DNA of 63,958 bases, the filler included, from Octopus bimaculoides (lineage: Eukaryota): assembly GCF_001194135.2 (NCBI RefSeq). It is 3 parts of 3 records of this genome, joined end to end, with 100 filler letters (N's around TTAATTAATTAA, not from the genome) between each part and the next. Parts side by side here need not be neighbours in the genome. Positions count along the whole stretch, not along the records: positions 30,986 to 61,853 come from NC_069005.1; 2 more parts are not named here. One strand, 5' to 3'. A model generated the notes under the pieces. That model was not told where the DNA came from. It searched no databases and was given only the letters and a program-made list of their open reading frames with translations. Shown here piece after piece: positions 39,401 to 54,316 of the stretch (within the stretch, counting starts at the first letter, position 1; each line of letters opens with the position of its first letter). A program made the translations under genes and the position numbers.

Positions 39401-40224
39401 NNNNNNNNNNNNNNNNNNNNNNNNNNNNNNNNNNNNNNNNNNNNNNNNNNNNNNNNNNNNNNNNNNNNNNNNNNNNNNNNNNNNNNNNNNNNNNNNNNNN
39501 NNNNNNNNNNNNNNNNNNNNNNNNNNNNNNNNNNNNNNNNNNNNNNNNNNNNNNNNNNNNNNNNNNNNNNNNNNNNNNNNNNNNNNNNNNNNNNNNNNNN
39601 NNNNNNNNNNNNNNNNNNNNNNNNNNNNNNNNNNNNNNNNNNNNNNNNNNNNNNNNNNNNNNNNNNNNNNNNNNNNNNNNNNNNNNNNNNNNNNNNNNNN
39701 NNNNNNNNNNNNNNNNNNNNNNNNNNNNNNNNNNNNNNNNNNNNNNNNNNNNNNNNNNNNNNNNNNNNNNNNNNNNNNNNNNNNNNNNNNNNNNNNNNNN
39801 NNNNNNNNNNNNNNNNNNNNNNNNNNNNNNNNNNNNNNNNNNNNNNNNNNNNNNNNNNNNNNNNNNNNNNNNNNNNNNNNNNNNNNNNNNNNNNNNNNNN
39901 NNNNNNNNNNNNNNNNNNNNNNNNNNNNNNNNNNNNNNNNNNNNNNNNNNNNNNNNNNNNNNNNNNNNNNNNNNNNNNNNNNNNNNNNNNNNNNNNNNNN
40001 NNNNNNNNNNNNNNNNNNNNNNNNNNNNNNNNNNNNNNNNNNNNNNNNNNNNNNNNNNNNNNNNNNNNNNNNNNNNNNNNNNNNNNNNNNNNNNNNNNNN
40101 NNNNNNNNNNNNNNNNNNNNNNNNNNNNNNNNNNNNNNNNNNNNNNNNNNNNNNNNNNNNNNNNNNNNNNNNNNNNNNNNNNACAAACAGATGTATTAGT
40201 TTAACGCTCGGGAAGTGAAAACGT

Positions 40225-40260
40225 CTTTTACGTTTCGAGCCTACGCTCTTCGACAGAAAG
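40225..40260 (-). ncRNA. Penelope-type minimal type I hammerhead-like motif (A6 variant)
   Basis: Minus strand reads CTTT-CTGTCGA-A-GAGC-GTAG-GCTC-GAAA-CG-TA-AAAG: stem I CTTT/AAAG, stem II GAGC/GCTC, and GAAACG-UH. Confidence 0.55.
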
Positions 40261-42226
40261 GAACACAGAAATAAACAGGGAGAGAAAATAAAATAAAATA
40301 TATATGACCAACGAAATGCCGGGAAACATTTAACCCGGAGTGCTAACCATTCGGCCAGCTTGCTGCTTTTTTTTTCTTGGGGGCGGTGGGGATGCGTCGA
40401 TTACATCGACCCCAGTGTTCAACTGGTATTTATTTCATCAACCCCGAAAGGATGAAAAGCATAGTCGACCTCGGTGGAATTTGAACTCAGAACGTATTGA
40501 CGGGCGAAATACTGCTAGGCATTTCACCCGCCGTGCTAGCGATTCCTCCAGCTTGCCAATATTTTTCTAATGTATAACATTGCGATTTGTTTTTATCTGC
40601 AGTTTTCAATCAATAAACTTAAGGAGAATAACATATTTCTATTAAGAAATAAAAAGTTGACATTGAATTAACTTCACACGCAAGAGTTTCCACGTATTGC
40701 CTTTATTTATGGATCGATATACTGGCTCTCAGAAACGGATTATTTTATATCTACTCGCATTTTCTATGCTATCTTGCTAATCGCTTTGAAAAAACGAATT
40801 GCTAAGTACTTTCCTATACAAGCATCTCCATATATGTATATATTTGTGAGTGGACATGTGCGTGTGTATGTGTACTATATTACATTACATAGATATCTAT
40901 ACATTAATACACACATACATAGACACACGCACGCATATATACACATATGTGTCTAGATATGTAAAAATATTTATTCTGTGTTTTTTAACACTATTCGTCT
41001 ATAAGAGATATGTACGAACACCGCAGTTAATGGAGTTTTCTCTGTACGTCCATGTTAATTTGGATGTACACGTTGACATTCGCTACACAAACAATTTCCG
41101 TTGCTAATAATCTAATGATTATATAAATATACAAAAGTAAAGGAATGGAATACATAAGATCCGAACGTGAGTACAATAGCCTGAACACTATGCCATTCAA
41201 CTTCACATTTATTTATATACATTTTTATACATAATTTATATTAATTTATATAATTTATATCAATTTCTCCCTCCTGAAGACGGAAGTCGGATTTACGTTA
41301 ATGTTTCCATGCATTCATTACTGTTTGCATATTCTTGACTTTTTGCTCACTCCATGTGTCATTACAAGTATGACTCAATTCCGAACCCAAAGAAACAGCC
41401 GTCGGACATGAAATACTCCATGTACTCCCTTTTGTACTCCACGTAAACTTGTTCTAAAAATAAATAAATATCGATTGACCATGTAAATATTTTCAGTTTT
41501 TCTCTCTCTCGCTTTATTTCTTTTTCTCTCTCTCTCCCTCTCTCTCTCTCTGTATATATANNNNNNNNNNNNNNNNNNNNNNNNNNNNNNNNNNNNNNNN
41601 NNNNNNNNNNNNNNNNNNNNNNNNNNNNNNNNNNNNNNNNNNNNNNNNNNNNNNNNNNNNNNNNNNNNNNNNNNNNNNNNNNNNNNNNNNNNNNNNNNNN
41701 NNNNNNNNNNNNNNNNNNNNNNNNNNNNNNNNNNNNNNNNNNNNNNNNNNNNNNNNNNNNNNNNNNNNNNNNNNNNNNNNNNNNNNNNNNNNNNNNNNNN
41801 NNNNNNNNNNNNNNNNNNNNNNNNNNNNNNNNNNNNNNNNNNNNNNNNNNNNNNNNNNNNNNNNNNNNNNNNNNNNNNNNNNNNNNNNNNNNNNNNNNNN
41901 NNNNNNNNNNNNNNNNNNNNNNNNNNNNNNNNNNNNNNNNNNNNNNNNNNNNNNNNNNNNNNNNNNNNNNNNNNNNNNNNNNNNNNNNNNNNNNNNNNNN
42001 NNNNNNNNNNNNNNNNNNNNNNNNNNNNNNNNNNNNNNNNNNNNNNNNNNNNNNNNNNNNNNNNNNNNNNNNNNNNNNNNNNNNNNNNNNNNNNNNNNNN
42101 NNNNNNNNNNNNNNNNNNNNNNNNNNNNNNNNNNNNNNNNNNNNNNNNNNNNNNNNNNNNNNNNNNNNNNNNNNNNNNNNNNNNNNNNNNNNNNNNNNNN
42201 NNNNNNNNNNNNNNNNNNNNNNNNNN

Positions 42227-42274
<48 letters not shown>

Positions 42275-44594
42275 ATGCACACATATAGTCGCACGTATTT
42301 GTGAATGTGTAGTGTAATGCCTGGCTTCTATGCTTTTATCTTTCTTTCTTTTTTATTTCTCGTACGCTCCTTTTTGTATATCTTTGCTAATGGTCTTTTC
42401 TCCATGTTTACGGCAGGAATACCGTTCCGTATGTCTTTGGTTCGTATGAATATGTGTGTATACATCTGTTCATGTGTGTATACGTTCCTTTGTATGCTGT
42501 GTGATATTCGTCCTTGTCTATATATGTCTTTTTGTCTTTTTTTATATATATATTTATGGACATCAGCCCTTCTTTTTTATGGAGTTACATTCTTTGTCTT
42601 TTTCAATTTATTGTTATATTGGTTATGGTTGTTGCTGTTGTTGTAGTTGTTTTAGTATTTTTGTTTTGGCTGTTTTATTATTTTTGTTTTGTGTGTAAAT
42701 GTTTTCAACGGGCACGATTTATCAATATTCTTGACTAATCGATATCTATTTGCGGTAAAGTATACGCATGACACTAAATCTATCAATGCCTTTTTCAATC
42801 TCACAGGCTCTCACTTTCCCCCTGCCTTTTGTTTCTTTATCTTCTATATATCAACCAACGTGTGTGTAGTGTACGTACATATATAAATACACACACACAC
42901 ATACACACACACACACACACACACATATATACATATATATANNNNNNNNNNNNNNNNNNNNNNNNNNNNNNNNNNNNNNNNNNNNNNNNNNNNNNNNNNN
43001 NNNNNNNNNNNNNNNNNNNNNNNNNNNNNNNNNNNNNNNNNNNNNNNNNNNNNNNNNNNNNNNNNNNNNNNNNNNNNNNNNNNNNNNNNNNNNNNNNNNN
43101 NNNNNNNNNNNNNNNNNNNNNNNNNNNNNNNNNNNNNNNNNNNNNNNNNNNNNNNNNNNNNNNNNNNNNNNNNNNNNNNNNNNNNNNNNNNNNNNNNNNN
43201 NNNNNNNNNNNNNNNNNNNNNNNNNNNNNNNNNNNNNNNNNNNNNNNNNNNNNNNNNNNNNNNNNNNNNNNNNNNNNNNNNNNNNNNNNNNNNNNNNNNN
43301 NNNNNNNNNNNNNNNNNNNNNNNNNNNNNNNNNNNNNNNNNNNNNNNNNNNNNNNNNNNNNNNNNNNNNNNNNNNNNNNNNNNNNNNNNNNNNNNNNNNN
43401 NNNNNNNNNNNNNNNNNNNNNNNNNNNNNNNNNNNNNNNNNNNNNNNNNNNNNNNNNNNNNNNNNNNNNNNNNNNNNNNNNNNNNNNNNNNNNNNNNNNN
43501 NNNNNNNNNNNNNNNNNNNNNNNNNNNNNNNNNNNNNNNNNNNNNNNNNNNNNNNNNNNNNNNNNNNNNNNNNNNNNNNNNNNNNNNNNNNNNNNNNNNN
43601 NNNNNNNNNNNNNNNNNNNNNNNNNNNNNNNNNNNNNNNNNNNNNNNNNNNNNNNNNNNNNNNNNNNNNNNNNNNNNNNNNNNNNNNNNNNNNNNNNNNN
43701 NNNNNNNNNNNNNNNNNNNNNNNNNNNNNNNNNNNNNNNNNNNNNNNNNNNNNNNNNNNNNNNNNNNNNNNNNNNNNNNNNNNNNNNNNNNNNNNNNNNN
43801 NNNNNNNNNNNNNNNNNNNNNNNNNNNNNNNNNNNNNNNNNNNNNNNNNNNNNNNNNNNNNNNNNNNNNNNNNNNNNNNNNNNNNNNNNNNNNNNNNNNN
43901 NNNNNNNNNNNNNNNNNNNNNNNNATCTATATATATAGATAGATAGATAGATAGCAACAGATCGATAGATAGAAATAGATAGATAGATAGATTGATTGAT
44001 TGATAAGTAAGATAGATACAGCAATAGATGTCTTAATGCGTTCAAGTGTCTGTTTATTGTTGTTCCCTGTGTGTATCTTTCTGTCTTAAAAACAAACACT
44101 ATTTTTGGTGTTTCTTTTAGAGAATTTGAAAGAAGTGACAAATAAATAGAACTGAGGTTGAAAAGATGTATGCTTTTGAGAATAAATGCCGATAAATTCT
44201 CTTTGGTTTTGGTTTTAGAGTTTCGCTAAAGAGTAAAATAAAATCTAAAAGAAAGACAAAAAAATTAATGCGATGGAGAAACTGTTGTCAACCATTTTCT
44301 CAGCGCTACACAAGACTTTCTATTGAATGTGAAACATGGTGTGGAATACAAACCAGATATATTAGTCTACCAGTCTATTAGGAAGTGAAATTATATCTAT
44401 ATTTCATGTTGAAAGGGCGCGCAATTTACATAGACCGAACCCATAAAGGTATCGGCCTAAGAGTATTTTAGTGTATTTAGTATCGGCCATCTTTTGTCTC
44501 GTACATTCGCCGTTGAAATGGCGGCGTTGCACCATCGGCATTTGTTTTATTTTTACATTTAACGCTTGCATAACTCAATAACATATCTATCTTT

Positions 44595-44625
<31 letters not shown>

Positions 44626-45250
44626 NNNNNNNNNNNNNNNNNNNNNNNNNNNNNNNNNNNNNNNNNNNNNNNNNNNNNNNNNNNNNNNNNNNNNNNNNNN
44701 NNNNNNNNNNNNNNNNNNNNNNNNNNNNNNNNNNNNNNNNNNNNNNNNNNNNNNNNNNNNNNNNNNNNNNNNNNNNNNNNNNNNNNNNNNNNNNNNNNNN
44801 NNNNNNNNNNNNNNNNNNNNNNNNNNNNNNNNNNNNNNNNNNNNNNNNNNNNNNNNNNNNNNNNNNNNNNNNNNNNNNNNNNNNNNNNNNNNNNNNNNNN
44901 NNNNNNNNNNNNNNNNNNNNNNNNNNNNNNNNNNNNNNNNNNNNNNNNNNNNNNNNNNNNNNNNNNNNNNNNNNNNNNNNNNNNNNNNNNNNNNNNNNNN
45001 NNNNNNNNNNNNNNNNNNNNNNNNNNNNNNNNNNNNNNNNNNNNNNNNNNNNNNNNNNNNNNNNNNNNNNNNNNNNNNNNNNNNNNNNNNNNNNNNNNNN
45101 NNNNNNNNNNNNNNNNNNNNNNNNNNNNNNNNNNNNNNNNNNNNNNNNNNNNNNNNNNNNNNNNNNNNNNNNNNNNNNNNNNNNNNNNNNNNNNNNNNNN
45201 NNNNNNNNNNNNNNNNNNNNNNNNNNNNNNNNNNNNNNNNNNNNNNNNNN

Positions 45251-45301
<51 letters not shown>

Positions 45302-46693
45302 CATACATATCTGATACTATTGTTGTCCGTTACTATTTTTGTTTTCAACGTTGTTGTTTAGTCTCTGCGTCAATTCTGATCGAACAGGCGAGTGATTGAA
45401 CGGTATTTTATAAGTAATCAATACGATTTTTACTTTTCTGTCTCTCCAAGTATATTAACGCCTATCTTAGCCTACATTGTCCCTAACCGTGTATACAGCT
45501 TTTTATATTGTAAGATGTAAATATATAAATTTAGAAGCGTATTACTGCTACGTGTCGCGACACACACAATCGTCTGCTACTTCTCTAGAATGACAATATT
45601 AGGATATTATGTCTTTGTTGATCCTTACATTATTGTTATATTTTTTTTCTGGAGTCTCTTAATGACCCAAAGATAAAATTCCATTTGTTCAGCACGATAC
45701 CTTCTTTTGTATGATTATTTAGCACAACATTTATTTTCAAGGATAATGTAGCGCCACATTGCTGGATGTGTCCTTCGTATTTTGTAAGTTGACAGGCTGC
45801 AAATGGAAAACAATTTGGTTGCTATTTCTGCCATTTCAAGGGGTTACAAGATCCATTATGTAGTATTATCTTTGGTAACGTTTTAAAAGAGCGGGCCGCA
45901 CGAGCCATGGCTTATCATAAGGCGAACTGCACTATGAAAACGTTTCAGGTAATTTTTCTCCAGGCGTGCCAAACAGAAAATTCCGCGGGCCGCTATTTGC
46001 TCATGTCTGATTAAGCACTGTCTAACTGATTTAATACTATTTACCAAACAACGCGAATTGTTCTCTCTGTGCATCAATATCGTTGTAATCGTGTGCTTTT
46101 TTTATATCACACATACGCACGTATACAGAACACGCGAGTACAAGCACATACAAATATACATACATGTGAACACACACAAACAAACACTAGTATCTCTGTT
46201 GAATCCCAACAAATCCGATACATCGCAGATCTCAGTAACTTAAAGTGGTATTTTTAACCCTTTCACAACCAAATTAAATTTCATGGTTATTCCATTAATG
46301 ATGTTCAATATCTACCAAAAATAGAATTGGTATTTTCTGCAAGTCACGTTGCCCCAGTAAACTTGAAATGTCTCTAAAGAAAATAATTTCAATCACGACA
46401 TTCCTCAACAAAACATAGATTCTTATATAAAACAGCTTCCTATAGTTAACGTTAATGAAATTTTTATTTAATGGATATATCTGACTTACGCAGAAAAAGC
46501 AGTAAACGTCCAACTCGCCGTTACTTCTGATCACTGGGCGAGTAGTAGGCCACTTTATTCCAAGATTCAGGCCGATAAACTTTCATCTTCCAATCAAAGC
46601 TTGTTGCTTCTTTAATGATCGGATGTTTGCAAATGCTTTGAAACACCATTCGAGAGATATCGTGAAATACTTCATGCCATGATACATATGCGC

Positions 46694-46739
<46 letters not shown>

Positions 46740-46862
46740 GCATATGTATCTATCTATATATATATATATGTGTGATTCTGTGTGTGTGTATATATATAGA
46801 TATATACATACATACATACATACGTATGTATCTATATGAGAGTGTATATATATGAATGTGTG

Positions 46863-46893
<31 letters not shown>

Positions 46894-46912
46894 NNNNNNN
46901 NNNATACATACA

Positions 46913-46944
<32 letters not shown>

Positions 46945-47360
46945 CGACCAGTGTTCCAGATGAACCTACAACGGGGCAACAATCTCAAAAGTGGTCAGCA
47001 ATATCGAACACCTTCGATCACTGAAAGCCAACCAACAGAATGATCCATGAAAAAGTGATAACGCTGCTCTTGACCTAGCATTGTCACAATCTGTGGGCTA
47101 GAACACACAAGAAAAAGAATTAAATATATAATAATTCCTGACTAAGAATCTAATTTTTATTTCAAGAATAGTTTTTTCGTTGAAATTAATTAGATTCCGA
47201 TACTACTTGTAGAATTTATGTTTGATCTGTACCAACCTGGATTATGAATTAAAAAGATCTTCTACAATTACAATTTTTTTCCTTTCCTTATACTTCTTTT
47301 ATGTATAAATAATACGTGTATATATACACATATAATATATTATATATATGCATACACATA

Positions 47361-47399
<39 letters not shown>

Positions 47400-48357
47400 N
47401 NNNNNNNNNNNNNNNNNNNNNNNNNNNNNNNNNNNNNNNNNNNNNNNNNNNNNNNNNNNNNNNNNNNNNNNNNNNNNNNNNNNNNNNNNNNNNNNNNNNN
47501 NNNNNNNNNNNNNNNNNNNNNNNNNNNNNNNNNNNNNNNNNNNNNNNNNNNNNNNNNNNNNNNNNNNNNNNNNNNNNNNNNNNNNNNNNNNNNNNNNNNN
47601 NNNNNNNNNNNNNNNNNNNNNNNNNNNNNNNNNNNNNNNNNNNNNNNNNNNNNNNNNNNNNNNNNNNNNNNNNNNNNNNNNNNNNNNNNNNNNNNNNNNN
47701 NNNNNNNNNNNNNNNNNNNNNNNNNNNNNNNNNNNNNNNNNNNNNNNNNNNNNNNNNNNNNNNNNNNNNNNNNNNNNNNNNNNNNNNNNNNNNNNNNNNN
47801 NNNNNNNNNNNNNNNNNNNNNNNNNNNNNNNNNNNNNNNNNNNNNNNNNNNNNNNNNNNNNNNNNNNNNNNNNNNNNNNNNNNNNNNNNNNNNNNNNNNN
47901 NNNNNNNNNNNNNNNNNNNNNNNNNNNNNNNNNNNNNNNNNNNNNNNNNNNNNNNNNNNNNNNNNNNNNNNNNNNNNNNNNNNNNNNNNNNNNNNNNNNN
48001 NNNNNNNNNNNNNNNNNNNNNNNNGAAAGAGAGAGAGAGGGAGATATGTAGGTGTATATTTAGTTGGAAACGTTGAATGTTTATAAAGCAGTTACGTCGT
48101 ACGGGAATTTAAAATGCCGCTTTATCCCGATTCCTGCAACAAACTCCAGTCACAGCTGGTAGTTATTTCCTTCACCTAATGGAATTCCCATGTAAAAGAG
48201 TTCCGAAAGTTCACAACAGACAATCTCCACATAATGATTCTCCACAATGCTAGTGTCCATAAAGCGATACATTAACTACAAAATTCTTGTGTCTGAGAGA
48301 AAACCCATTTCCATTTTACGCTACCGTCTTCAACATTCGATTAATAGATTTTCCTGC

Positions 48358-48397
48358 TATCTATCTATCTATCTATCTACCTATCTATCTATCTATG

Positions 48398-48469
<72 letters not shown>

Positions 48470-48482
48470 GATCTATCTATCT
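48358..48482. repeat. (CTAT)n microsatellite (others near 34800 and 54270)
   Basis: Seen directly in the sequence. Confidence 0.95.
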
Positions 48483-48697
48483 CTCCTCCTGGATAGGTAG
48501 ATATATATATCAGTAAGATCTATGTATGTATGTGTATGCATATATGCATATGGGAGAGTAGGCATTTCTTCAAATCCCATTTTCGCTGTTGTCATTGTCG
48601 TTCTCCGGATTTGATGTTGCTTTTTCGCGTTACTTTCATAGTTCGTGATTTCATAGATATTTGTCTCCTTTTTACCTATTTATTTATATTTATTCTG

Positions 48698-48874
<177 letters not shown>

Positions 48875-49844
48875 GTGTGTGTAGGGCAGCGAGCTGGCAG
48901 AATTGTTAGCACGCCCGGCGAAATGCTTAGCGGTATTTCGTCCGCTGTTACGTTCTGAGTTCAAATTCCGCCCAAGTCGACTTTGCCTTTCATCCTTTCG
49001 GGGTCGACAAATTAAGTACCAGTTACGCAGCGGGGTCAATGTAATCGACTAAATCCGTGTGTCTGTCCTTGTTTGTCCCCTCTATGTTTAGCCCCTTGTA
49101 AACAATAAAGAAATAAGAAACGTTAGCACGCCGGGTGAAATGCTTAGCGGTATTTCGTCTGTCTTTACGTTCTGAGTTCAAATTTCACTGATCCCTTCCG
49201 GGATCAATAAATCAAATACCAGCTGCGTACTAGAGTTGATCTAATCGACTACCACACCCTCAGAAATTCGAGCCTTGTGCCTACAGTAGAAAAGAAAAGC
49301 TATTTATTTACATTATTTTGGCGATATTCCAAATATTTAGAACATTATCACTTTACATATTTCTGTTTGAACGCCTCTGTTTTGCTTTCAACTTAAGTTT
49401 ATTGAAATGCGAGTAACACGATATTTTATATACAATTTTCTGTTAAGTGAGGCGTGAAAATTTTTCGAGAATAATGTAGACGTATTTCATTTTCTATTCA
49501 AATTAGCGTATGTACTGCATGTATACATCAACAATGACATAATGAATAAATCTAACGTTACATATTGTTGGATCCATATTAATGCAAATCCAGAAAATAT
49601 TTGTTTTCATATTTTTAATAAATCTTATATTAAATATCAAGGCATCGAAATCATTTGGATTCTAATGACAAATTCGCAGGTGCTCCGGCATTAACTGGTT
49701 CTGATGCGTACATGCACACACACACAAGTACACATGCATACACACACTCTCACACACGCATACATATACGTGTAAATATATGTGGGTATACGTAAATATA
49801 ACACACACATTCACACACACACACACACACTCACACACGCTCTT

Positions 49845-49885
<41 letters not shown>

Positions 49886-49895
49886 NNNNNNNNNN

Positions 49896-49933
<38 letters not shown>

Positions 49934-50157
49934 TGCATAAATACACACACACTGACCCACACCCATATATATATATATGCATAAATATACACACACGCGC
50001 ATATATATATGTATTTATGCATACATATATGCACACAGACACACACACAGAGAAATACACCCAAACACACACACACACACACGCATATATATATATGCAT
50101 AAATATACATATATACAGACATACACACATACATATATATGCATTTATAAATATATA

Positions 50158-50188
<31 letters not shown>

Positions 50189-52533
50189 NNNNNNNNNNNN
50201 NNNNNNNNNNNNNNNNNNNNNNNNNNNNNNNNNNNNNNNNNNNNNNNNNNNNNNNNNNNNNNNNNNNNNNNNNNNNNNNNNNNNNNNNNNNNNNNNNNNN
50301 NNNNNNNNNNNNNNNNNNNNNNNNNNNNNNNNNNNNNNNNNNNNNNNNNNNNNNNNNNNNNNNNNNNNNNNNNNNNNNNNNNNNNNNNNNNNNNNNNNNN
50401 NNNNNNNNNNNNNNNNNNNNNNNNNNNNNNNNNNNNNNNNNNNNNNNNNNNNNNNNNNNNNNNNNNNNNNNNNNNNNNNNNNNNNNNNNNNNNNNNNNNN
50501 NNNNNNNNNNNNNNNNNNNNNNNNNNNNNNNNNNNNNNNNNNNNNNNNNNNNNNNNNNNNNNNNNNNNNNNNNNNNNNNNNNNNNNNNNNNNNNNNNNNN
50601 NNNNNNNNNNNNNNNNNNNNNNNNNNNNNNNNNNNNNNNNNNNNNNNNNNNNNNNNNNNNNNNNNNNNNNNNNNNNNNNNNNNNNNNNNNNNNNNNNNNN
50701 NNNNNNNNNNNNNNNNNNNNNNNNNNNNNNNNNNNNNNNTATATACATATATATTTACATATATCGCACACAAACCACTTTCTCTTCATAAAATCTGTCC
50801 ACCCTCCTACTACCAAAATTGGAACATCTGCTTCCTTCCAAATGTGTTTCTATTTCTCATTTTCTCATTCTGTTTACCTCTTTTTTCATCTTTCTCTATC
50901 GCTCTTTTCCTCCACCGCTCACACCTCCTCCTCCTCCTCCTCCTCCTCCACGCATACACATACACATAACGCACACACAAACCCCGTCTCTCTCTCTCTC
51001 TGTCTCATACATTTTCTTACTAACCATGGCATTTCTAGATCTTCTTATCTTCAAATCTTCTTGTATTTTCCCCACTATTTCCCTTGCTGTCCACGTCTCT
51101 CTTCCTTTCTCAATGTCTCCATCTTTACCTAACGCTCACCGTTTCTGTCTCTTGTCTCTCCTCCCCTCTTTCTCTCTCCTTATTGTTGCTATCATTCCAT
51201 ATCACTCTCCCTTTGCGTCTTCTCTCATCTCTTCTCGCTTTTCCTCAATCTTTCTCTTTTCCAGTTACGAAACAGCGGCGAAATGGAGTCACGTCAGCTT
51301 CATAATATCATTAGTGACAACTGATTTGTACAAAACTCTGCATGTGTGTGTGTGTGTGTNNNNNNNNNNNNNNNNNNNNNNNNNNNNNNNNNNNNNNNNN
51401 NNNNNNNNNNNNNNNNNNNNNNNNNNNNNNNNNNNNNNNNNNNNNNNNNNNNNNNNNNNNNNNNNNNNNNNNNNNNNNNNNNNNNNNNNNNNNNNNNNNN
51501 NNNNNNNNNNNNNNNNNNNNNNNNNNNNNNNNNNNNNNNNNNNNNNNNNNNNNNNNNNNNNNNNNNNNNNNNNNNNNNNNNNNNNNNNNNNNNNNNNNNN
51601 NNNNNNNNNNNNNNNNNNNNNNNNNNNNNNNNNNNNNNNNNNNNNNNNNNNNNNNNNNNNNNNNNNNNNNNNNNNNNNNNNNNNNNNNNNNNNNNNNNNN
51701 NNNNNNNNNNNNNNNNNNNNNNNNNNNNNNNNNNNNNNNNNNNNNNNNNNNNNNNNNNNNNNNNNNNNNNNNNNNNNNNNNNNNNNNNNNNNNNNNNNNN
51801 NNNNNNNNNNNNNNNNNNNNNNNNNNNNNNNNNNNNNNNNNNNNNNNNNNNNNNNNNNNNNNNNNNNNNNNNNNNNNNNNNNNNNNNNNNNNNNNNNNNN
51901 NNNNNNNNNNNNNNNNNNNNNNNNNNNNNNNNNNNNNNNNNNNNNNNNNNNNNNNNNNNNNNNNNNNNNNNNNNNNNNNNNNNNNNNNNNNNNNNNNNNN
52001 NNNNNNNNNNNNNNNNNNNNNNNNNNNNNNNNNNNNNNNNNNNNNNNNNNNNNNNNNNNNNNNNNNNNNNNNNNNNNNNNNNNNNNNNNNNNNNNNNNNN
52101 NNNNNNNNNNNNNNNNNNNNNNNNNNNNNNNNNNNNNNNNNNNNNNNNNNNNNNNNNNNNNNNNNNNNNNNNNNNNNNNNNNNNNNNNNNNNNNNNNNNN
52201 NNNNNNNNNNNNNNNNNNNNNNNNNNNNNNNNNNNNNNNNNNNNNNNNNNNNNNNNNNNNNNNNNNNNNNNNNNNNNNNNNNNNNNNNNNNNNNNNNNNN
52301 NNNNNNNNNNNNNNNNNNNNNNNNNNNNNNNNNNNNNNNNNNNNNNNNNATATATATATGCATATATAGATTTCTCTCACCGCTCTCTCTCTCTCTCTCT
52401 CTCTCGCACCACATGTAAGTGTATATATATATAGATATATATATATATGATTATATACAAATATCTATATAAGACACAATGAGAGTCTCTGAGATAGAAA
52501 GAGTAAACGAAAAAGAAGAGCAAAAGGGGGAGA

Positions 52534-52579
<46 letters not shown>

Positions 52580-53053
52580 AGGGAAAGACAAAGATATAAC
52601 CAGACATAGAGTGCAAGAATGTTAGGGAGGCAGTAGTTTTGGGTGAGTGACGGGGTTCGTTTGATGAGGTTGGTCGGAAAGAAAGCTTGTTTAACAAAAG
52701 TTATAAGGTATTATTACTAATAGAATTGATAAAAGTACTTATTGGTTCAGTCACATACAGTGCTACGGCAGCAATGGAAAGTCTTCGATGCATTACCAAA
52801 CAAAATGGCATTCGGAACCGAAGTACGCACTCCGCTCCCGACACCCACTTATTCATCACTCCGCGCTCTCTATCTCTCTCTCTTTCGCTTTCTAGAAACA
52901 CATGCTTACCTCGACGTCCCATTTTCTCTATGACTCTTCGTTTCTGAATATATACATGCATGTGTACACACACACACGCACAGACACACACACGCACACG
53001 CACACGCACACGCACTAACACACACACACATAGAGACACGCACATACACATAC

Positions 53054-53084
<31 letters not shown>

Positions 53085-53240
53085 CAGGGTGCGCGTGAAT
53101 AAAATGCTGTCTAAATTACGGAAAAATGAAAATAACACCGATATCTCGTTTTAACAGATATATTTTCAATACTAATATCTTCTAATACAGAAGAGTACAT
53201 CTATTCAATTAAATCACCAACGGCTTCAACCACGGCCTCG

Positions 53241-53289
<49 letters not shown>

Positions 53290-54214
53290 CGACGGGCTTC
53301 TTTCAGTTTCCGTCTACAAAAACCACTCTCAAGGCATTGGTCCGCCCGAGGCTATAGTAGAAGACACTTGCCCAAGGTACCACGCAGTGGGACTGAACCC
53401 GGAACCATGTGGTTGTTAAGCAAGCTACTTACCACACAGCCACTCCTGCCCCTATATGTATAAGTAAATGTAACTGTATATGTGTACGTACGTACGTATA
53501 CGTGTATGTGTTTATTTATATGGCTGTCTCTCAATCTGTTTGGCTTATTACGTTACGATAATTGACTATGTCATACGCGTTGTTTGCTTCCATTCTTAAG
53601 TCGTCCAAGTTAAGACAGATGGAACGGCTGCGTGAGTGCTAGAAACTTCACGTATATGTGTGTATGTGCAGGCGAGTTTATATGCTGGTACGTTCTAGGT
53701 GTATAAGTGTAGATATGTGTGCATGCTTGTGTGTGTGTGTGCATGTATTTATTTTGTGTGTGTGTACACGACTACAGGGATAGAATGATAGAATGACGGA
53801 GAAGACAATAAACCAAGGGAATGATTATGTAAACATATTATGAAGATTCCCGTGATACAGTTATATAAATTGATAGGATACATACGTATTCACACAAGCA
53901 TATATACTCACATACACACACACGCACCTGCACACATATACACACACATACACTCATACCCACATGCACCCACGTACACACATACACACATATATATACG
54001 TACATGCATATATATATATATGCATATATATATTAATGAGTGTATATGCATACATATATGCATTTATATATATATTATAAATCTATGTGTATGTGTCTAT
54101 GTGTGAATGTGTGTACGCATACATTTATATAGATATATATACACAGAATATGAAAGACGGATACAGGTAGCTGTGCATGTATGTATGTATCTAAAAAGAT
54201 ATGTATCTAAAAAG

Positions 54215-54255
<41 letters not shown>

Positions 54256-54267
54256 GCATATATATAA

Positions 54268-54316
<49 letters not shown>

